DNA of 46,474 bases, from the IMG/VR virus record IMGVR_UViG_3300049186_000011. One strand, 5' to 3'. This document shows positions 41,300 through 46,474 of the stretch, one piece after another. The notes under the pieces are model-generated. The model saw nothing but the letters and a program-made list of their open reading frames with translations, searched no databases and was not told the origin of the DNA. The position numbers and the translations under genes were made by a program. The DNA is from a virus. Numbering within the stretch: the stretch's first letter is position 1; every line of letters starts with the position of its first letter.

Positions 41300-41760
41300 T
41301 TCGGCTCCTTCCGTGCGGCCATCGCAGCCCGGATCGCTTCCCGCGCAGTCGGGAATGTCTCGTATTCGTAGTTCGTGAAGCCGACGAACGACCACCGCTT
41401 TTTGTGCTTGCGCAGCGACATTTCCGGATGCGCCTCGACAAAGTCCAGCAGTTCCGCATCCTGCTTGTCCTGCTGCACCGATGCCGCCACCAGTTCAGCG
41501 GCAGCATGGCGGGCGTCGGCAAAGCCCTTGTTGTATGCGTCCGACTTTGCAACGAGAGTGCTTGGTGGCCGAATGCCCTTGATCGCGTCGTGCAGGTCGC
41601 CGGGCTGCGGTGCTGGCTGGGGTGGTGTGGCCGCAAGGGCTGCGCGCAGTTCTGCGATTTCGGCTTCCATGGCACGATGGGTTGCTTGCATCTGCATCAT
41701 CATGCCAGCCGTTATGACGCCTTCCATACGCTCCTGCCATGTCTTGATGTGTTGGCTCAT
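41296..41760 (-). CDS. Hypothetical protein
   Basis: 154 aa. Confidence 0.6.
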   Translation of the reverse strand: MSQHIKTWQERMEGVITAGMMMQMQATHRAMEAEIAELRAALAATPPQPAPQPGDLHDAIKGIRPPSTLVAKSDAYNKGFADARHAAAELVAASVQQDKQDAELLDFVEAHPEMSLRKHKKRWSFVGFTNYEYETFPTAREAIRAAMAARKEPK

Positions 41761-42461
41761 TTCGTTTCCCCTTCCTGTGCTGGTGGCGGTGGCAGTGGAT
41801 GCCAGTGCGTAGGGTTTTTGCAGCAGCCATCTTCGATGCCCAACTTATAACCTTCTGGAAGCAGGCGCTGGGCGTCCGCTCCAACGATAACATCGCCCCA
41901 GCAGTTGCTGACAATCACTGGATAGCTTGTGCTTTGCCATTCGCCATTGATGCGCAACAGGGCGCGGATGGCGGTATCCTCATGCACCAGGAAGTAGCCG
42001 TCTTCCGGCACCGTTTCGATTGGCTGCCACCCTTCCGGTATGGCCGGTGCTGCTTGCTGCGGCATGGCGGCGAGAAGGGTGCGTGCAAAGGCGATGCGTA
42101 ACGCAAACTGCGTGTCAACACCAAAACGTGCCGCTTGGTTGTGGATTGCGATCCCGTCCAGGCCGTTCCATGTTTTGACAATCTGCTCATCCGTCATTGC
42201 AGGCACTGCACCTGCCGCAGGGGCGGCAGCCACGTCAGCGACGAAATCAGCGTAGGGCACGTGTCTACCATCCTTCATGATGCCCGTGCCGCTTTCGACG
42301 GCCTCTTGCAGCATCTTGAGGAATTCCGCGTCTTCATCGGCCTTGAGTGTCCCCAGCACCACGCGCAGATTCGCCACGCTGACCTCTGTCATTTCATACG
42401 ACTCTTTGCCAGCAATCCCGGCTTCCAACCGGGCGATGGCTTCTTTTACGTTAGGCAGCAT
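41757..42461 (-). CDS. Hypothetical protein with DUF551-like C-terminus
   Basis: AAAGGAGAG precedes ATG 42461. C-terminus ...GWQPIETVPEDGYFLV...THWHPLPPPP. Confidence 0.5.
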   Translation of the reverse strand: MLPNVKEAIARLEAGIAGKESYEMTEVSVANLRVVLGTLKADEDAEFLKMLQEAVESGTGIMKDGRHVPYADFVADVAAAPAAGAVPAMTDEQIVKTWNGLDGIAIHNQAARFGVDTQFALRIAFARTLLAAMPQQAAPAIPEGWQPIETVPEDGYFLVHEDTAIRALLRINGEWQSTSYPVIVSNCWGDVIVGADAQRLLPEGYKLGIEDGCCKNPTHWHPLPPPPAQEGETK

Positions 42462-42663
42462 TGCCGCTCTCCTTTGATTTTGATGCGCACTGCGCGCAAC
42501 GCCACGATTTGCCGACGCGCTTGCGTCCAGTGATGGACTTGAACTGATCGCAGCCCTTGCACGAAAACGTGTGCGTTGGTCCGCTTGCCGCACGCAGTTC
42601 ACGCGCCCTGCCCTCCAGGCTGTAGTTCACCGGGTCGCGCACGTATTTGTGCTGAATGCTCAC
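42451..42663 (-). CDS. Small zinc-ribbon-like protein
   Basis: GTG 42663 overlaps the upstream TGA. ...FSCKGCDQFKS...SWRCAQCAS... Confidence 0.45.
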   Translation of the reverse strand: MSIQHKYVRDPVNYSLEGRARELRAASGPTHTFSCKGCDQFKSITGRKRVGKSWRCAQCASKSKESGNAA

Positions 42664-42761
42664 AGTCCGCTCCAGCGCACAATGGCCATAGTCGCGAAGG
42701 TGGCCCACACGCCAACGACGCCGCAGGCGAATAAAACCCACTCACAGTTCGTTTTCTTCAT
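42660..42761 (-). CDS. Small membrane peptide (33 aa; below the ORF-track cutoff)
   Basis: GGAGGGAG precedes ATG 42761. MKKTNCEWVLFACGVVGVWATFATMAIVRWSGL. Confidence 0.4.
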   Translation of the reverse strand: MKKTNCEWVLFACGVVGVWATFATMAIVRWSGL

Positions 42762-42812
42762 GACTCCCTCCGATTGGTATTGGCGCGATCAGAAAACCGC
42801 GCCACGGCCCGT

Positions 42813-43334
42813 TTAAGCGGCCTGCTCGCCAAACAATTCGTGTACGGTTGCTGGCGGCGGTGGCGAAACAGTCAGGTCAATGTTCTGCTTCTGCTTTTCG
42901 CACAGCCGGCCGGTATCCAGGGCGGACGGATGCACAACCACGTTGAAACGGACTACAACCGAGCCACCTTCCATCGGCGTCAACTGGAACGCATCAACCT
43001 TGGCGTCGGTCAGCTTGATATCGCTGTCGCCGCCTAGGCCGTAATCGACAACCGCCGTGTACCCTACGCCCGTATAGTCCCAATCGAACGGCGACATTTT
43101 TGGGTAGCGCAACACGCTTGGGCGATCCGGGTCCGTGACCAGATCAACGGCTTCATCTTCGGCCGGCATGCGATACAGCGAATCGCACAAGCCTGTGCAG
43201 AACTGATTAAGCGCCACGTTGGATACCGTTGCCTCCACGGTCAGGACGCAGGCCAATTTGTAATCCTTGCCGTGGTTCTCCATTGGGGTTGATGTCTTGA
43301 TCAATTTCACTTGCTGCTTTGGGAGGTCAAACAT
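42813..43334 (-). CDS. Hypothetical protein (recombination-module neighbour)
   Basis: 173 aa. Confidence 0.6.
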   Translation of the reverse strand: MFDLPKQQVKLIKTSTPMENHGKDYKLACVLTVEATVSNVALNQFCTGLCDSLYRMPAEDEAVDLVTDPDRPSVLRYPKMSPFDWDYTGVGYTAVVDYGLGGDSDIKLTDAKVDAFQLTPMEGGSVVVRFNVVVHPSALDTGRLCEKQKQNIDLTVSPPPPATVHELFGEQAA

Positions 43335-43566
43335 TGCGTGCTTCCTTTCGTTGGTCTTCAGTGAACTTTAGGTACGGCTTGCGGATGAAATCGTGGAATC
43401 GCTGCTTTGCGCGGTCGTCTGTGTCGATCTGGCCGCGCGATTGCACCTCGCAGATAGCGCGTACCGAATGGATTGCAGTGGCTTCATCCGGTACGCGCAA
43501 AAATCGTTGGAAGAGCGATTCCTTGCAGCGCAAAGCCAGCCACTGACTCAGGCGCTGCGTTGCCAT
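43327..43566 (-). CDS. Hypothetical protein
   Basis: 79 aa. Confidence 0.55.
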   Translation of the reverse strand: MATQRLSQWLALRCKESLFQRFLRVPDEATAIHSVRAICEVQSRGQIDTDDRAKQRFHDFIRKPYLKFTEDQRKEARNV

Positions 43567-44448
43567 TTAGCCCACCAGTTCCGCGCGGCGCTCTTGGTAC
43601 AGCGCGTTCAGCTTGGCCTGCTCGGTGCTGTCGAACATTTCGCGGATTTCGTCCGCGATCAGGTCAAGAACGTCTGGGTCTTGGCACGACTGGATGCGGC
43701 GGAAGATGGTGTCGTAGGAACTGGACGCATTTTCTTGCGCTGCAGCCGATTGCTGTGCCGGTTCGGAAATCAGAGTTTCGACTTGCGCCGGGATGGGCTC
43801 AGCGGCGCGCAGGGATTCCGTGGTTACGGTGTACGAGCCATCCTGGTCGATATCAATAACATCAGCCATTTCATCAGCCGTGGACAGGCCCATGGACAGC
43901 TCAGGTGCGTAAGCGCGGGTCCACCAGCTTGCGGCGCGATACATCAGCATTTGCTGCGGGATGGACTTCCATTTGCTGCCGTTTTTGCCATACCAACCTT
44001 CTTGCTTTGCGATGGCGATTGTTACGTCCGCGCCTACAAGACGCTCGCCGGTCGCCTTCTCGATTGCCCACGCCCGGCAACCCCAGTCATCGGTGCCCTG
44101 GGCACCAAAGAACTCATAGCGCAGCTTCGAGAAGTCGCCACAGGTATTCACGGTGGCAATCAGGAACTGCGCCGACCAAGTCGGCTTGCCATGAACCACG
44201 ACCAGGTTCTGCATCACCATCAACGGGTCAGCACCGACGCGCTGAGCCATGTTCAGGGCAATAACGCAGTTGGGCAGATTGCCCTGATACTGCTGCGGGA
44301 CCAGTGTCGAACTTGCCAATAATTTCGCGGCGCGCTGCGCCAATTCAAAGCCCTGGGAGTCGGTCAGGCCAACGGAGTAGCGCTGTGGGGCCTCATGGGC
44401 TGGGGCTCGCAGATTTGCAAGCGTGGTGCTGCTAGTTGGTGCGGTCAT
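43567..44448 (-). CDS. recT: RecT-family single-strand annealing protein
   Basis: GGAG precedes ATG 44448. ...LASSTLVPQQYQGNLPNCVIALNMAQRVGADPLMVMQNLVVVHGKPTWSAQFLI... Confidence 0.85.
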   Translation of the reverse strand: MTAPTSSTTLANLRAPAHEAPQRYSVGLTDSQGFELAQRAAKLLASSTLVPQQYQGNLPNCVIALNMAQRVGADPLMVMQNLVVVHGKPTWSAQFLIATVNTCGDFSKLRYEFFGAQGTDDWGCRAWAIEKATGERLVGADVTIAIAKQEGWYGKNGSKWKSIPQQMLMYRAASWWTRAYAPELSMGLSTADEMADVIDIDQDGSYTVTTESLRAAEPIPAQVETLISEPAQQSAAAQENASSSYDTIFRRIQSCQDPDVLDLIADEIREMFDSTEQAKLNALYQERRAELVG

Positions 44449-44450
44449 GT

Positions 44451-45248
44451 TTATTTTCTCCAAAAACAGGTGTTGTAGTTCGGGCAGTACGTTTGGTGGC
44501 ACATCATTGAGTTCGGATTCCCCCAGGCCGGGATGTCGCCATGGACCACTTTGGCAGCCATCGCCAGCAGCCCGGTATGTTCGTCATCGCCCAGCAGCAC
44601 GTCCTTGGCGCCAACGATTTCCCCTGTACCGATGCGCTGCTTGTCTGGTGTCAGGTTGGTTTGCAGCCCAATGATCACGGCCGGCGCGTCCATGCGCGTA
44701 CCAGTGGCGGCTTCCGCCAGCAGTTCATAAACCCCTTGCTGTGCGGCGTGCCCCTTGGTTTTCGCCTTGCCATCAGTGCCCACGGCTTGCTTGCCGCTCT
44801 TGATGTCGCGGATGCCAAATTGATCATCGACGCGCGCAATGCGGTCCGTTGTGCCGGTCAAGATGATGTTGAGGTCAGATATCAGCAGGCTCTCTACGGA
44901 CGCCTCTACCGCCACGTAGTCATGCTTAGGCGCCTCTTCCAGGCAGTACTTGCGAGTGAGCGTGCGGGCGATGCTTTCCGCCTTATCCCTCTCGCCCTCC
45001 CAATCTGTTTCGTCGCGGGGCATGCGTACACTTTCAACGGCGCAGTCCTCCGCCGCCGACAGGCTTGGCGACTGACCGAGAACGCGCTCAGTGTCGTACA
45101 GTGCCGTGCCGGCGTGCAGCGCAGTCCCGAGTGCGGCCTTGCCGCTCTGCGGGACGCGCCGACCCTCCAGGTGGATCGCAATCCAGCGCGCCGGGCAATC
45201 AAACAAACTCCCGAACGAACTGGCGCGAATCGTGATGGGTTGACGCAT
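44451..45248 (-). CDS. PD-(D/E)XK exonuclease (RecB/Cas4-like, with C-terminal Cys cluster)
   Basis: GGAGGGG precedes ATG 45248. ...TGTTDRIARVDDQFGIRDIKSGK... (D...D/ExK). C-terminus ...MMCHQTYCPNYNTC. Confidence 0.75.
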   Translation of the reverse strand: MRQPITIRASSFGSLFDCPARWIAIHLEGRRVPQSGKAALGTALHAGTALYDTERVLGQSPSLSAAEDCAVESVRMPRDETDWEGERDKAESIARTLTRKYCLEEAPKHDYVAVEASVESLLISDLNIILTGTTDRIARVDDQFGIRDIKSGKQAVGTDGKAKTKGHAAQQGVYELLAEAATGTRMDAPAVIIGLQTNLTPDKQRIGTGEIVGAKDVLLGDDEHTGLLAMAAKVVHGDIPAWGNPNSMMCHQTYCPNYNTCFWRK

Positions 45249-45251
45249 GAT

Positions 45252-45353
45252 CAAAACCCCTCCGTCCACACGTGCCATGCACGCCGGAATGCCGCGCGCC
45301 GCGTGTAGCCGACGCGCAGGTAGTTTCTGTAAAGTTGGAACAGGCCGCGCATG
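45252..45353 (-). CDS. Possible small basic peptide (33 aa)
   Basis: MRGLFQLYRNYLRVGYTRRAAFRRAWHVWTEGF fills the gap between flanking genes. Confidence 0.25.
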
Positions 45354-45354
45354 A

Positions 45355-45570
45355 TCAGCTCCGCTCCAGTTGACAGCGGCGCACAGCCAGTTGCACCTGA
45401 TAGATGCACTCGCGCGCTTCCAGTTCGCCCAGTTCAGCGCGCAACTCACGTAGCCGGCGCAGTTCGTTTTCGGAGTGGCGAAACTGCAGCCGGACCAACA
45501 TCAGCCGAAATGGCAGCAGCACTTTACGCACCGGGCGCTTGATGACGCGCAGGATAGTAGCGGCGCCCAT
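45355..45570 (-). CDS. Hypothetical protein
   Basis: Start placed at the second ATG (45570), just after the upstream stop at 45573. Confidence 0.5.
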   Translation of the reverse strand: MGAATILRVIKRPVRKVLLPFRLMLVRLQFRHSENELRRLRELRAELGELEARECIYQVQLAVRRCQLERS

Positions 45571-45572
45571 GA

Positions 45573-45746
45573 TCAGCCCCACACGGCCGCAGCCGGATAC
45601 GCGGTGACTTTGACAATCGGCTGCGTGAAGCCAAGTTCCGGCGCCATGGCTTTTGCCAGTTGCTTCGCGTGATCCTCGTCGGTCGCACTCAGCGTCGTCG
45701 ACCAGGCCGGGCCGCGACGAAAATCCACAATTACCTTGAAGCTCAT
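45573..45746 (-). CDS. Hypothetical protein (57 aa; below the ORF-track cutoff)
   Basis: GGAGGA lies 4 nt upstream of ATG 45746. MSFKVIVDFRRGPAWSTTLSATDEDHAKQLAKAMAPELGFTQPIVKVTAYPAAAVWG. Confidence 0.5.
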   Translation of the reverse strand: MSFKVIVDFRRGPAWSTTLSATDEDHAKQLAKAMAPELGFTQPIVKVTAYPAAAVWG

Positions 45747-45765
45747 GATGTCCTCCGTTTGTTAA

Positions 45766-46047
45766 TCAGGCCGCGTCCCGGGCCCACTGCGCGCGTTCCG
45801 CGATGTCCTCGGCACGTGATTCGCGCTTCATCTGCGCACCCAGGTGATTCAATGCCAATTCGATTTGCTCCAGGTATGACGAGCAGACTATTGCGGTCAG
45901 ATCGACGGTTTGACCGTGCTGTGCCACTGCGCACACTTGCGCGCCGTCTTCGTCGCTGGTGCCGTAGATATCCAGGAACAAGCGGCCCACCGGCCAGCCG
46001 GCGTACAGCAGGCGGTAGCGGGCTGGGATTTGGGGCTGGGTGAGCAT
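45766..46047 (-). CDS. Hypothetical protein
   Basis: 93 aa. Confidence 0.6.
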   Translation of the reverse strand: MLTQPQIPARYRLLYAGWPVGRLFLDIYGTSDEDGAQVCAVAQHGQTVDLTAIVCSSYLEQIELALNHLGAQMKRESRAEDIAERAQWARDAA

Positions 46048-46059
46048 GATGGCCGCCGA

Positions 46060-46474
46060 TTACTCTTCGATGGCCGCAACAAATTCGCCGTTTGCACTCA
46101 GCATGTAATACGTGTCCGGCTCAATGCCGTTTTCACCGACTTTGCTGGCGCGAATATGCACGATTTCGCCGTCATCGTTGCGGTACACGAGGCAAATAGC
46201 GCAGCCAGCGGCGGCACGCGCTCGGCCAGACCAGCCAGTTGACAGTGCGACGCTTGCCTTGCCGGTGGCGGAGGCAGCACCCCGGGCGCCGGTGGCGGAG
46301 GCAGCACCCTGGTAGCCGGTGGCGGAGGCAGCACCCCGGGCGCCGGTGGCGGAGGCAGCACCCTGGTAGCCGGTGGCGGAGGCAGCACCCCGGGCGCCGG
46401 TGGCGGAGGCAGCACCCTGGTAGCCGGTGGCGGAGGCAGCACCCCGGGCGCCGGTGGCGGAGGCAGCACCCTGG
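46060..46474 (-). CDS. C-terminal part of the repeat protein that starts at 560 (wraps the junction)
   Basis: The frame G(A/Y)(R/Q)GAASAT continues into ...GKASVALSTGWSGRARAAAGCAICLVYRNDDGEIVHIRASKVGENGIEPDTYYMLSANGEFVAAIEE, with TAA at 46060-46062. It has no internal Met, so it is absent from the ORF track. Confidence 0.8.
   Translation of the reverse strand, partial: QGAASATGARGAASATGYQGAASATGARGAASATGYQGAASATGARGAASATGYQGAASATGARGAASATGKASVALSTGWSGRARAAAGCAICLVYRNDDGEIVHIRASKVGENGIEPDTYYMLSANGEFVAAIEE
46261..46474. repeat. 27-bp tandem repeat, 7 full units plus partials, alternating R,Y,R,Y,R,Y,R,Y(partial)
   Basis: Direct reading. Same unit as 1-173. The last 72 nt equal the first 72 nt of the window. 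Confidence 0.95.

Larger units (their letters stand above)
1..46474. mobile_element. Complete temperate tailed-phage genome (lambdoid / P22-like mosaic), circularly permuted; the window opens inside a repeat-containing gene
   Basis: Integrase, excisionase, CI/Cro, Q-like, TerS/TerL/portal/scaffold/capsid/tail/lysis modules are all present. No host housekeeping genes seen. First 72 nt equal the last 72 nt. Confidence 0.85.

Noticed and set aside
46098-46469. Track ORF encoding a proline-rich repeat, [20 protein letters not shown]...
   Set aside because: This is the wrong frame of the 27-bp repeat. Its non-repeat tail (…ARQASHCQLAGLAERVPPLAALFASCTATMTAKSC…) looks non-protein-like. The G(Y/A)(Q/R)GAASAT frame joins well-formed N- and C-terminal domains and ends at TAA 46060-46062.
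1-46474. Searched for a reverse transcriptase (DGR or retron), CRISPR/cas, transposases/IS elements, toxin-antitoxin pairs and rRNA genes
   Set aside because: No YxDD-type RT motif, DDE transposase, cas-like or rRNA-like sequence was recognised in any listed ORF or in the intergenic regions I read. Absence is by eye only.

Overview
The window reads as one complete temperate tailed-phage genome, a lambdoid / P22-like mosaic from a GC-rich host. It is circularly permuted. The first 72 nt are identical to the last 72 nt, and both ends lie inside a 27-bp coding tandem repeat of a single minus-strand gene that wraps the junction (ATG at 560, stop at 46060-46062).

Layout:
- **Leftward early operon (minus strand).** A strong sigma70-like promoter and operator sit at 610-638. 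The operon then runs repeat protein, small ORFs, PD-(D/E)XK exonuclease, RecT, many small ORFs, a small methyltransferase, Ea22-like protein, excisionase, attP-like region and tyrosine integrase (35588-36577).
- **Immunity region.** A CI-like repressor (1854-2240, minus) lies divergent from a Cro-like gene (2344). An accessory island lies beyond cI (600-1850). It holds a secreted-protein moron, a non-canonical tRNA-like element with an intrinsic terminator, and about 0.5 kb with no convincing ORF.
- **Rightward early operon (plus strand).** CII-like regulator, C5-cytosine methyltransferase, HNH endonuclease, DnaD-like replication protein with internal iterons, N6/N4 methyltransferase, RuvC-like resolvase, Q-like regulator.
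- **Late region (plus strand).** A near-consensus late promoter is followed by a roughly 100-nt leader and a strong terminator (10429-10570). Then come TerS, TerL, portal, an inserted low-GC cluster, scaffold, capsid proteins, head-completion and ejection proteins, an immI-like island (Mnt-like, Arc-like, Rha antirepressor), a gp10-like protein, tail fiber, beta-helix tailspike and a lysis cassette.

Most unusual observations:
1. A single ORF fuses an RNA polymerase alpha-CTD-like domain to a GroES-like co-chaperonin inside the head module.
2. A perfect 99-bp inverted repeat forms the 5' ends of two otherwise diverged paralogs 29.6 kb apart.
3. The C5-methyltransferase hallmark motifs are split between two overlapping reading frames.
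4. The ORF-free region ends in a tRNA-like element next to cI.
5. A proteasome/HslV-like Ntn hydrolase sits in the virion module.
6. The portal 3' end overlaps the next gene out of frame by 197 nt.

All product calls come from by-eye motif recognition and synteny. No database search, tRNA scan or RNA-folding program was run. Percentages quoted are rough hand counts.
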